DNA of 64,000 bases from Octopus vulgaris. Lineage: Eukaryota. The translations under genes were made by a program, and so were the position numbers. Positions 13,342-26,065 of the stretch are shown in pieces. The stretch spans positions 7,378,001 to 7,442,000 of the forward strand of contig OX597824.1 of NCBI GenBank assembly GCA_951406725.2. The letters run 5' to 3'. Under the pieces are notes generated by a model. The model saw only the letters and a list, made by a program, of their open reading frames with translations. It was not told the DNA's origin and ran no database searches. The stretch's first letter is position 1; the number at the start of each line of letters is the position of its first letter.

Positions 13342-14792
13342 GAATTCCATTCGACAGACTTGGGCATTGGCTAGCCAAAGCTTGTGGCATAAAACATCTG
13401 CGGAAGGGCATCCAGCCGTAGAAACACTGCCAGATCTGACTGGGCCTGATGAAGCCTTCCAGCTTCACAGACTCCAGTTGTACCGTCCAACCCATGCTAG
13501 CATGGAGAACGGACGCTAAATGATGATGATGATATATATTTTCAGCAAAATTTAGATTCAAATGAATATGGGACTTAAGTCAGATGCAACAGAATTTTGT
13601 ACGGTGTTATCTATATAAATCTATGGGGTGATTATAATCAAAGTAAGCAACAAGAATATATTCGGTAATTCTTGTTGCTTACTTCGATTATATATTATAT
13701 ATATATATATATACATATATACCGAATTCCATTCAACAGACTTGGGCATTGGCTAGCCAAAGCTTGTGGTATAAAACATCTGCCCAGGATACCTGAGAAG
13801 GACCGAATGCAGATGCATATCGTTGTGAGGAAAACATGTGACCCACACGGTCATAACTGTAGGACATTACAACCACTACCACCACCATCATCATGAACAT
13901 AACCTCAGTCTTTGTAATTAAAATCACCATTTGAATGGTTTTATTAGTAATAACCATGAATAATAAAAAGGAAAAAGAAAAAGCTCCAGCTTGGCAATGC
14001 ATCATTTTTATTTTGCATCATGCCATCCAAAGGACCAATCACCATCATTTTTCAAACAATGCAGGACAAACCAAGGAAGAAGCCTCTATATGGTTGCTCA
14101 AGCTGTTAGAAATAGCAGTCAAATCTTGCTGAAATCAAACCCTGCTGATTTAAAAATTGACGGACACATTAGACAATGTATGCCTGGATATACTAAGAAG
14201 ACAGGATGACCAATCAAAGCCGGGGCATTTTTTGATCATAGATACGTTCAAAGTAGATAGACCTAAAGCTAAATGACACCAACAACAACAACACCGCAGA
14301 TCTTGCAGGCCAATTTTCATGGCTCTATAACACACCACTTCCAACAGCATAGATAACTTTTCATTTATAAAGACATATTCTGTTGGGGCAAATAGATGCA
14401 AGAACTTCTAAGCGCTGTGGATAATTCAAACTCTGGTAGCTAACAGGGATGGTTATATTACAGTTTCTGAGATTACGTAAATGCATAAATCTTCAACGGA
14501 TCTTACTGTTTAGGCACTAATCAATACCATTCACTAGATTACAATTAATTCCAACCAATTCCTTCCTTACATATCAAACAAGACACTTACACACACACAC
14601 ACACACACACACATATGTACGTATGTATATAAAGGATTGGTTTAATATAAAGTTATGTATAAAAGTAGTCAAATACTGACTTGGAAGATCGTTAAATACT
14701 TTTTAGTTAAGTGCCATATTTATAAATCTTTACAAGCGAAATACTGATCGTGAATTGAAGTTTTGGTTTGCTAACCATCATCAGACTATATG

Positions 14793-14834
<42 letters not shown>

Positions 14835-14837
<3 letters not shown>

Positions 14838-15683
14838 GGTGCGATGGGTAAATTGTCGGCAATTATATATTTTTAATTTTGTGCATGTGCATTGTTTGTT
14901 TTTGATTTTGACAACTGCACAGTATAGTAGGGTCAGTTAGGCACTGTCTGTGAGAAAAAATAGCACCATCACGCAATTCACTCTGCCAGAAATTTGGAAA
15001 TGACATGCTGTACTGCTTGGCATTCATGCCGGAAACTCCAATATGAACATGTATGAATATGTATTGAGGATGATAAAAATCAAACATCCAGTCAACATCA
15101 AGGTGTTGGAGTGATTACTAGTGATGGCAACATTATGCGTCCATTCATCTTCCCACATGGCCTCAGACTCGACACAGAGGCCTACATCAAGTTCCTGGAG
15201 GAAGTAGTGCTGTCCTGGGTCAAGAGGCAGGCTGCTGGAAGGCCCTATATCTGGCAACAGGACTCTGCACCATGCCACAAAAGCAGGAGGACCCAGTCGT
15301 GGCTGTCAGACAATTTTTGCAACCACAGCACCCCTAACATCTGGCCACCCAACTCCCCAGACTGCAACCCCCTTGATTATGTGTGGAACGCAGTTGAGCA
15401 AGTGACCAACAACACTCCTTGTAACACCAAAGATGAACTGAAAGCAAGGATTATGGCAGCATTCACCAACTTAAACAAGGAGACCATCCAGAAGAGTTGC
15501 AGGAGAATGCAAAGTCGTTTGGAGGCCATGGTTGAAGCCAATGGCAATTTTATTGAATAAACTTACTCTTTAGTATTTCAAGATATTTTAATGTAATTTT
15601 GGTAAATATATTTGTTAAAGTGAGATGTCAGTATTATTTTCATTTTTGTGTAATTTAGACATCATTCTATTCACCGCACCCTG
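14835..15683 (+). mobile_element. Internally deleted Tc1/mariner-superfamily transposon, DD37D (maT) type
   Basis: ORF 15111-15560 reads WQQDSAPCH...WPPNSPDCNPLDY, with 37 residues between the two Asp. Ends agGGGTGCG...CGCACCCTG|TA. The N-terminal part is missing or disrupted. Confidence 0.88.
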
Positions 15684-15819
15684 TATATATAAGCTCTGAC
15701 GGAGGTGGTGTAGGGTCACCTCCATGCTAGGGGATGAGGGCAGCTTCCTGCAGAGGGACCTGCATAGCTATTCGAAAAAGAAAAAGGGGAAAATGATCAG
15801 AAGGAGCCTCAAGACAGAC

Positions 15820-16295
15820 TGTGTGTATGTGTGTATGTATGTGTGTATGTGTGTGTATGTATGTGCGTGTGTCTGCATGTATGTGTTTATGTATATATGT
15901 ATGTATGTATGTATATATGTGTGTCAATGTGTGTATGTATGTATGTGTATGTATGTATGCATGTATGTATGCAGGTGTGTATGTATTCATGTATGTGTGT
16001 ATGCATGTATGTGTGTATGTGTGTATCTGCATGTATGTATGTGTTTATGTATGTATGTGTGTGTATGTATATGTGTATGTATGTGTGTGTATGCATGCGT
16101 GTGCATGTGTCTGCATATATGTATGTATGTGTGAATGCGTGTATATGTATGTGTGTGCATGTGTCTGCATGTATGTATGTGTTTATGTATGTATTATGTG
16201 TGTATGAATGTGTGTATATATGTGTGTGCATGTGTCTGAATGTATGTATGTATGAAAGTGTGTGTGAATGTGTGTGTATGTATATGTGTATGTAC
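15820..16295. repeat. (TG/TA)n compound microsatellite
   Basis: Degenerate tgtatg repeats. Similar tracts at 10560-10870, 18900-19150, 26430-26560, 46465-46810 and 63545-64000. Confidence 0.95.
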
Positions 16296-17213
16296 AAAGG
16301 TCTTGCAGATTTTTACAGTCCCAGATATCGTGATCATTTATAGCTTATGAATTAAGGATTCGCATAGTCTCCCCAAGATTCCAAAAATCAGCCATAATTT
16401 GCTCCAGACTGGTTGGTATGTGTCCTGCTGCTCCAACAATAATGGATATGAAGCAGAAAGTGTACCTTGGGGACTGGATTTGCAAACCCTTTATCAACAG
16501 TCTTATGCATGTGTGTGTGTGTGTATGGTAGGATCTGTATGTGTAGGAATATTTACAATGTAGGCGCAGGAGTGGCTGTGTGGTAAGTAGCTTGCTTACC
16601 AACCATATGGTTATGGGTTCAGTCCCACTGCGTGGCACCTTGGGTAAGTGTCTTCTACTATAGTCTCAGGCCGAATAAAGCCTTGTGAGTGGATTTGGTA
16701 GACAGAAACTGAAAGAAGCCAGTCGTATATATGTATATGTGTGTATGTTTGTGTGTCTGTGTTTGTCCCCCCCGCCGCCAACATCGCTTGACAACCGATG
16801 CTGGTGTGTTTACATCCCCGTAACTTAGCAGTTCGGCAAAAGAGACTGATAGAATAAGTACTGGACTTCCAAAGAATAAGTCCTGGGGGTCGATTTGCTC
16901 GACTAAAGGTGGTGCTCCAGCATGGCCGCAGTCAAATGACTGAAACAAGTAAAAGAGTAAAGAGTAATGTGGAGTGAGTTACAGCAACAGACAGTGCCAT
17001 CCACTTTTTTGGCTGCGACCCATGGGGTTTGTTCCCATTTCCTCTCAACACTCCATTTATTAGCTATATACACCTTCACTCTAAAATTCTGCAGGAAATA
17101 CAAAAACAAAACACAAAAAAAAAATCTCTTACACCCCTGACTTATAAAAACCAAGTAAGAGTTAATGACAGGAAGAGCATCCATTCGTAATCATAATTCT
17201 TCCGACTGGCCTC

Positions 17214-18118
17214 AACCAATTGTGGCTGTTGCCAGCCTCCTCTGGCCCCTGTAGTGGGACGTAAAAAGCGCCAACCGATCGTGGCTGTTGAAAGCCTCCT
17301 CTGGCCCCTGTGCCGGTGGCACGTAAAAAGCACCAACCAATCGTGGCTGTTGCCAGCCTCCTCTGGCCCCTGTGCCGGTGGCACGTAAAAAGCACCAACC
17401 AATCGTGGCTGTTGCCAGCCTCCTCTGGCCCCTGTGCCGGTGGCACGTAAAAAGCACCAACCAATCGTGGCTGTTGCCAGCCTCCTCTGGCCCCTGTGCC
17501 GGTGGCACGTAAAAAGCACCAACCAATCGTGGCTGTTGCCAGCCTCCTCTGGCCCCTGTGCTGGTGGCATGTAAAAAGCACCAACCAATCGTGGCTGTTG
17601 CCAGCCTCCTCTGGCCCCTGTGCCGGTGGCACGTAAAAAGCACCAACCAATCGTGGCTGTTGCCAGCCTCCTCTGGCCCCTGTGCTGGTGGCACGTAAAA
17701 AGCACCAACCAATCGTGGCTGTTGCCAGCCTCCTCTGGCCCCTGTGCCGGTGGCACGTAAAAGCACCAACCAATCGTGGCTGTTGCCAGCCTCCTCTGGC
17801 CCCTGTGCCGGTGGCACGTAAAAGCACCAACCAATCGTGGCTGTTGCCAGCCTCCTCTGGCCCCTGTGCGTGGCACGTAAAAAGCACCAACCAATCGTGG
17901 CTGTTGCCAGCCTCCTCTGGCCCTGTGCTGGTGGCACGTAAAAAGCACCCACTACATTCACGGAGTGGTTGGCATTAAGAAGGGCATCCAGCTGTAGAAA
18001 CACTGCCAGATCAGACTGGTGCCTGGTGCAGCCTCCTGGCTTCCCAGATCCCCGGTCGAACCGTCCAACCCATGCTAGCATGGAAAACGGACGCTAAACA
18101 ATGATGATGATGATGATA
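17214..18118 (+). mobile_element. RTE-LINE 3'UTR copy with a 12x ~62-bp tandem array (17214-17949)
   Basis: Unit aaccaatcgtggctgttgccagcctcctctggcccctgtgccggtggcacgtaaaaagcacc, followed by the common tail ...gaagggcatccagctgtagaaac...catgctagcatgg...(ATG)n. Confidence 0.88.
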
Positions 18119-18731
18119 ACTCTCCATCTAACCCATGCCGGCAAGGAAAAACAGACTTTATCTGAACAAACAAACAAACAAACAACATACACGGAGACTA
18201 AAACTGATGATAAGGATTTGCAATACAAACTTTGTTGAAAGCATATTTTCCAAAACATTTTTTTATTCTTCTTTGCGTTCTGCCAGTCCAATATCAAATA
18301 CTGAACAATACTACTTCACTTCCCGACTTCACAGAAGCCCAGGGCATTAACCCTGTGAGCCTATTGTTAATAATTGGTGACAATTCAGATATTACGGCCT
18401 TAGTAGATATATATAAAAAAAAAAAAAAAAAAGGAAAACAATATGACAAAACTGAAAGCATAGATGAGTTCTGAGGATTGGTTCAATTTGAAGAACACTA
18501 ACGCAGGTGACAGGTACAAAATGGAATAACGACATCCATACATACACAGGTATGTATTTATGCACACATACACATCATGAACATATCATTATCTATAGAT
18601 CTTTATCTATCTATTTATCTATCAATCTGTATAAATATATATATATATACATCTATTTATCGATGACTACATGTATAAATACATATCTATACATACATCT
18701 ATTCTGATCACTCTCTCTCTCTCTCTCTCTG

Positions 18732-18780
<49 letters not shown>

Positions 18781-18801
18781 TGAGTGATCAGAATAGATGT
18801 A

Positions 18802-18883
<82 letters not shown>

Positions 18884-21800
18884 GATCTGAATAGATGTAC
18901 ATATATACACACACACACACATATATATTATGTGTGTGTGTGTGTGAGAGTACATATTATATATGTATATATATATGTATATATATACACATGCCTCTGT
19001 ACATACATCTCTATATCTACACATACATACCTATATATACATATATATATATATACATGCATATGTATCTACTTATACATACATACATATATACCTACAC
19101 ATACACACACACGTACCTACACACACACATCCATATATAAAACACACACACACTTGTAAAAGAAAATTCTTTCTTTTTATCGAATGCGCTTCTTATCCTT
19201 TAAGTTGACATCGACCAAAGATATTGTTTTTTTTTCTGTTTATTGAGAATAAGAAATGTCGACTTCTTAAAAAGACAAATCAACAAGGATCTGTTATAAA
19301 AGTTTGACAACTGCAGCATCGAGGAATTTCAACAAATCAAAACTCTGCAGAATCCAAGACTGTTTGTAAAACTTATTTCTTAAAACTTATTAAGTGCAGG
19401 AGTGGCTGTGTGGGTAAGAAGTCTGCTTCCCAACCACATGGTTCTGGGTTCAGTCCTACTACACAGCACCTTGGTCAAGTGTCTTCTACTATAGCCCTAA
19501 ACTGACCTAAGCCTCTGTGAAGGGATTTGGTAGACGGAAACTGAATGATGCTCTGTGTATGTGTGTGTGTGTGTTTTAGTGTGTGTGTGCTTTAGTGGTT
19601 AGATCAGTGGTTTTCAACCAGGGTCCAAATAAGATTTTAGGGGTCCACACAACAAAATAGTAAACTGGGGATCCACAACTGTATTTTAAGGGGGAGTGGA
19701 AGAGGAGGGGGAGGAGGAGGTGGAGAGGAGGGAGAGGGGGTGATGGTGATGGTGATGATGATGATGATATCACAGGTAAACTTCAATGGAGTCATAAATG
19801 AAGTTGACACAAACAAATTATATGATAACTCGCTTGATGTGTCATTTCACTTTTGGCAGCTTCACAGAAATAAACTGCAACTCTGAAAAGCAACAAAGAT
19901 AGACATGGATAACACAAGACAATGAAGGTGCTTCTATGTGGTCACTTGACTTGCTAGAAATAGCAACCAAATCTCTTTAAAATCACCCCTAAATCAACCC
20001 ATGATGAATATATGGTGACTAATAATTGATTATAAAAATATTGATTTAAAATTTTGGCACCAGGGGAGGGAGTAAGTAAAATACATCGACATCAGTATGC
20101 AACTGGTACTTATTTTATCGACAATGAAAGGATGAAAGGCCAAGTCAATCCCCGAGGCATTTGAATTCAGAATAAAATAAAGTCAGAAATAATGCCGTTA
20201 AGTATTTCATCTGGCACCGTAACGATTCTGCTAGCTTGCTGCCTTATTTGATTATAATGATGATCATCATCATCGTTTAACATCCGCTTTTCATGCTGGC
20301 ATGGGTTGGACAGTTTGACTGAGGGCTCACAAACCAGAAGGCTGCATCAGGTTCCAATCTGATCTGGCAAAGTTTCTACAGCTGGATGCTCTTCCTAATG
20401 CCAACCTCTCAGAGAGTGTAATGGGTGCTTTTTGCATGCCCATACCAACTTTGATGAAAGCATATTTTCCTTAACAATGGACATGAATTAGACTAAGAAC
20501 AATAACAAATGAGTGAAGAATGGATATACAGCACGTGTGTGTATTTGGCAGAAAAAAAGAAGAAAAAAATACCGTCCCAAAATACAACAATATTTGTTTG
20601 AACACACAACTTCACATTCGGAGTCTTGCAACACAAATTGATAAACATTTTTATTAGTTTTTTTTTTTGCTTCTTCTGCAAATCCAATAATAAATATTGA
20701 ACCATACTACTTCACTTCTATACTCCACTGAAGCCTGAGGCATTAACCCATGAAGCCTATTGTTAGTGGTTCTTGACAATTCAAATACTAAATTCTTAAC
20801 GGGAAAAAATAAAACAGAACCACAAAATTCAAAGCAAGGATGTGCTGCTCTGAAGCTGATCCCATTGTCATCATCATCACTTTTCCCATCCTAGCAATGG
20901 TTAGATAAGACTTCCTTTATTCTAAGGTTGGATGAAGAAGCAAGCTGGCAGGATGGTTACCACAGCAGACAAAATGCTTAGCAGCATTTCATCCCTCTTT
21001 ATGTTCTGGGTTCAAATGCCACCGAGGTCAACTTTGCCTTTCATTCATTCAGGGCTGTTAAGATAAGTGCCAATTGTGTTGCTCTACAGAGGGTTGGACG
21101 GCTTCGACCGGGGTCTGGGAAGCCAGGAGGCTGCACCAGGCTCCAGTCTGATCTGGCAGTGTTTCTACAGCTGGATGCCCTTCCTAACGCCAACCACTCC
21201 ATGAGTGTAGTGGGTACTTTTACGTGCCAGGTGAGGCTGACAACGGACACAATTGGTTGGTACTTTTTACATGCCACTGGCATGGAGGCCAGTCAAGGCG
21301 TCGCTGGTATCGGCCACATTCAGATGGTGCATTTTACATGCCACCGGCACAGGTATCACAACTACAATTTCCATTTGATTTTTTGAAAATTGTCAAATGG
21401 AAATTGTAGTTGTGATACCTGTGCCAGTGGTGGCAACAAATTGGTAGTGATAACAGTGTTGGATTGAATGCCTCGTAGTGTTTGTTCTGACACTCTGCAC
21501 TCAGAGTTCAAATCCAGTCAAAGTCAACTTGGCCTTTTATCCTTCCAAGATTGATAAAATAAGCACTAATGTAGGGCAGTGGGTTGATGGATTTGTAAGA
21601 ACATCAGACCGGACGCCTTAGGGTTCTTAATCTGGTTCTTTGTGTTCTGAGTTCAAATCCTGCCATGGTCAACTTGGATGCTAGATTTAATTCATCACTC
21701 ATCTTAACACTACCACCACCACTACCACCAGGTACTTGAAAAGAGTAAGCTCTGATGCAAGCATCCAAATCAGGTTTCTGGTTTGCGGACAAAAAAGAAA

Positions 21801-24719
21801 AAAACTTTAAATAGAAAACAAAAAGCTGCACAAACCAGGGGAAGTGGGGGCTCTGCGTGGTCACTCAATCTGCTAGAAACAACAGTCAAATTTTCCACAA
21901 ATCACTGTCGACCATCTTACAAAGGAAAGTGACTTATATAGGGTGTCCCAAAAGTCACTGATGGGTTTCAATTTTTAATAACTTCCTTAATTTAGCAAGT
22001 AAATGCATGAAATTTTGATACAATATGTAATTTAAAATCAAGGTTTTTAACCACACAGCCAAATCAACCCCAGCAAGTCAAAAATTTTTTTTTTACAGTT
22101 GTAAATGAATTTTTATCTATTTCACTTTAACGAACATTTTGTGTTGAAATATACACTTTTGAAATCTTACACTTGCTATTAGCACATTTGTGCCAAAATT
22201 TTTCTAGTGAATGAAATTGCCTGAAATTTTATAGATACTTGTATTTTAACCTAAATAACAACTAAAAAGAATTTCATTGATATCCGTTCAATACAGACTG
22301 TATAGTGTTAAGAACCTGTTTTATTCTTTGATACTGATCGTACACAAATCAAGATTTGTATCAAGTATTTGTTTTATACCCTTATAAATTAAGGGTCAGT
22401 TTAAACGGACGATCGGCAATGGATGGGTTAAAATATAAACCTCTTAGGAAGATTGCAGGTTTGGAATCTGAAATTTTAATGCAAGGGAAGTAATTCACTT
22501 TGGAAAGAAATCAACACTGACGCAAAGTGCAAAGAAGAGAAATATTTGACTAAAAACACAGAATACGAAATTACGTAAGCACAAACACACACGGCTTCCT
22601 GCTCCATTCTTTTCCCTCTTATAATATCCTAACTGACTGATGATGAGTTGATGGTGAAAATTTTACATATTACAAAAGTGAAAATATTTTTTCTACAATT
22701 ACATCATAGAAGAACCAATTAAGCCATTCTTTTCTTTTTTTTTTGTTCTTTCTCGAGCTATGCCCGGCTCATAAGGGCCGGTTTCCCGGTTTCTTGGCGT
22801 ATAGATGCAGGTGGAAAGAGTGAGAGAAAGTTGTGGCGAAAGAGTCAGCAGAAGTTCACCATTACCTTCTGCCAGAGCCGCATGGAGCTTAGGTGTTTCG
22901 CTCATAAACACACACATCGCCCGGTCTGAGATTCGAACCCGCAATCCCTCGACCACGAGTCTGCTGCTCTAACCACTAGGCCATGTGCCTCCAGTATGTC
23001 CTATGCTTTCCCTAATTGTTTTAGATAATCCGTCTGTCTGTCCTTGTTTGTCCCCTCTCTGTGTAGCTCCTTGTGGGCAGTAAAGAAATAAGAAGATTGG
23101 ATGGAGCCTACACTCGCATGCTAAGAGGGGCTTTGAATATCATCTGGAGAAATTGTTTAGCTAACGAGAGATTGTATGGGAACCTTCATCCAGTATCAGA
23201 CGCCAACAAAGAGTGTGGAGTCAGATTTGCAGGACATTGCTGGAGAGCTAAAGATAGAACTGTTAGAGAAGTTCTTTCGTAGGAGCCACCACAAAGAGCT
23301 AACAGGAAACAACAAGCCAAGATCTATATCTTGTCTTGACTTGAGGCAGCATTCAATCAGGGTGGGTTGAGCTGACTTCATTCATCCTCAATGCTGCATC
23401 TCTCACAAACGCCGACCAGGCCTGGTGATTTGAGGCTAACGACTGCATGATCTCCAACCACTCCCTATTCCAGCGGTGAACACAGTAGATATGGGGGCCT
23501 AGGTTGGGTTCCAGATCAGCCTTGAATGTCATCAGCCAAGTTTATCGTTGTCCACCACATCGCTTTTGCCAACCCTGAAGGGGAGCTGGGGCAATTGCTT
23601 CGTAAATGAATTCTCTATATCAAGCAGATTTGTGATGAGATAAACTGCAATCCCTCTGACCTGCCGAATATGATGGACATAGAATTGGATGGCAACAGAG
23701 AGTCACAGGAATCCATGCAAACAATGCAACCAGATGAATGAGGAAATAATTATAACCAATTCCATGTAAGCATAACTAGTCATGGATCACTGCAATCAGT
23801 TCTAGGTAACTACAACCATGAGTGACATCACAATATTTCTACACATAAAACTTATGATGCGATCTATTCAAAAGAAAAAGGAAAATTTAAACAGAAGAAA
23901 AATCTGGGCAAACCTGACATTTTGCAAAGAAGCTCAATTAGAATTTACAGAAACAGAGAATTATTATTTCGTTTTTGGATTTGGTTTGCAAGATTCTTTA
24001 TGTGAGTTCGTGTGTTGAAGCATATTCTGTTGTGTCTGGGGAGAGCCGTTCTCTTTTAGTGCCTTATAATTTAACACACTCACCGGTAAAATTTCCAGTG
24101 AGTGTGTTCTTTTATTCTTTTACTTGTATCAGTCATTTGACTATGGCCATGCTGGAGCACCGCCTTTAGTCAAGCAAATCAACCCCAGGACTTATTCTTT
24201 GTAAGCCTAGTACTTATTCTATCGGTCTCTTTTGCCGAACCGCTAAGTTACGGGGATGCAAACACACCAGCATTGGTTGTCAAGTGATGTTGGGGGGACA
24301 AACACAAACACACACACACATATATATATACATATATACGATGGGCTTCTTTCGGTTTCCGTCTACCAAATCCACTCACAAGGCTTTGGTGGGCCCGAGG
24401 CTATAGTAGAAGACACTTGCCCAAGGGGCTACACAGTGAGAATGAACCCGGAACCATGTGGTTGGTAAACAAGCTACTTACCACACAGCCACTCCTAAAT
24501 TACAAGGCACTAAAAGAGAATGACTCTCCCCAGACACGACAGAGAATTATTAATTATTAATTACTCCAGAAACCAATTGAATCATGAATGAATTAAAATT
24601 GAAACTTTTATGGTCAGTCAAAAGTGGAGCACTTATAAAAATAAGTTCAATTCTAATTAAGAAACAACAAATTATTTTTAATTATTCAAATAGAGAATGA
24701 TAAAAACAATCCAACTTAC

Positions 24720-24873
24720 AACACTGATTTGGTCTGTCCCTGGGGTATGGTAAGGATAAACGGAATCCAGATGCCACGGTACATGAAAGCTGGCTGTGGA
24801 GAGACACCACTCCCTACAGGCAGACCCCCCACTAGTGCTGGGGGTGTTCCCTGCATGTCCTGGCCCTTGGAAA
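24720..24873 (-). CDS. MON2: MON2 coding exon 11: (V)SKGQDMQGTPPALVGGLPVGSGVSPQPAFMYRGIWIPFILTIPQGQTKSV(F)
   Basis: tctgcag| acceptor, TT|gtaagt donor; 154 nt; PAFxYRGxWIP motif. Confidence 0.93.
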
Positions 24874-24979
24874 CTGCAGAAGACAGAACGAATGAATAAC
24901 ATTTACAACAAGAATACAAACTGAAGCATTTTGATGAAAACAGATTTTAATTACAAATAATTAATTACAGCAAGAATTA

Positions 24980-25158
24980 CCATATTTTAACATGTATAAG
25001 GAACTCTCGTGTATAAAGAACCCCCTAATTTTTAGGGCTTAAAATTTGGGAAAAAGGTTTTGTAAGGGATTACAATACTATCCATGTATAAGAAACTCCC
25101 ATATTTTTTAAACTTAATTTTTGATAAAATAAGGTACCTTATACATGCTAAAATATGG
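24980..25158. mobile_element. Tc1/mariner-superfamily (pogo/Tc2-like) MITE
   Basis: TA|ccatattttaacatgtataagg ... ccttatacatgctaaaatatgg|TA. Confidence 0.8.
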
Positions 25159-25457
25159 TATATTTTCTCCACATTTTTAACCCTTTTGATATCAACCTGC
25201 CCAAGAACACCTTCCGTTCTAAGATACAAACTCCATGTTTTAAAATGGTCTCAAAATTTCCCATTAAAAATTTTGTGCTAATTTATGTTCCAAACATCAA
25301 CTTAACCCATTAGCATTTGAACTGGCCATAACCAGCCCAAATATTCAACTGGTTTTATGATCAATCTGACCAGATCTGGCTTGTCACACTTATTCTACAA
25401 TGTCATTCCAGGAATAACAATTACATCACTGAAATCTCAAAGCTATGCGATAAAGCA

Positions 25458-26065
25458 TGTTCGAAAATATAAGGACACAGATCGTGTCATATAGCCAGCT
25501 GGAAACGATGTCTCCTGGGGCTAAATTACAGCAACATTCGTCCTAAACCAGGACTGCCATGTTATGTTGGCAAATAATCTTTACTCCAAAGTTTCGTTGA
25601 TCCCACATTATCCTTGAGCCCATCCACTGGACTTCAAAGCCATCTTCAGCCGAGCATCTTGAAGATTTGGTTTTCTTCCCTGCGTATCATAGTAGCTCAT
25701 GAATAAGCAAATTTTGTTGGTTTTCCTAGTGTATGTGCAAACAGACAGCAATATTTCTTTAGAAAATTACTATTTTTAAATCTCACAACAAGAGATATTC
25801 AGTAACAGTACTTTGGAGTAAAGATTTAGGGCTAATGTTACTGTAATTTAGCCCCAGGAGACATCGTCTCCAGCTGGCTATACGACACGATCTGTGTCCT
25901 TATATTTTCGAACAAGGGTTGCTAGATTCCCTTGTTTGAAAATATAAGGACACAGATCGTGTCGTATAGCCAGCTGGAGACCATGTCTCCTGGGACTAAA
26001 TTACAGTAACATTAGTCCTAAACTAGGACTGCCATGTTATGTTGGCAAACAATCTTTACTACAAA
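25458..26065. repeat. Alternating inverted copies of a ~130-bp unit nested inside a piggyBac-type MITE (about 25302-26081)
   Basis: Unit tgttcgaaaatataaggacacagatcgtg... lies in +,-,+ orientation. Host ends TTAAcccattagcatt...aatgctaaagagTTAA. The same unit is palindromic at 61321-61586. Confidence 0.75.

Noticed and set aside
10518-16343. YI/CV/HT-rich ORFs (also at 18.7-19.2, 26.3, 46.4 and 55.8 kb)
   Set aside because: Dinucleotide microsatellite translations.
17214-17949. CRISPR-like array, or long ORFs 17142-18081
   Set aside because: The units repeat in full with no unique spacers, there are no cas genes and the context is a eukaryotic intron. The ORFs are stop-free translations of the tandem repeat.
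25580-25660. Minus-strand CTGAAGA hammerhead candidate in the inverted-repeat element
   Set aside because: The hairpin after the core is not followed by GAAA, and there is no stem I.
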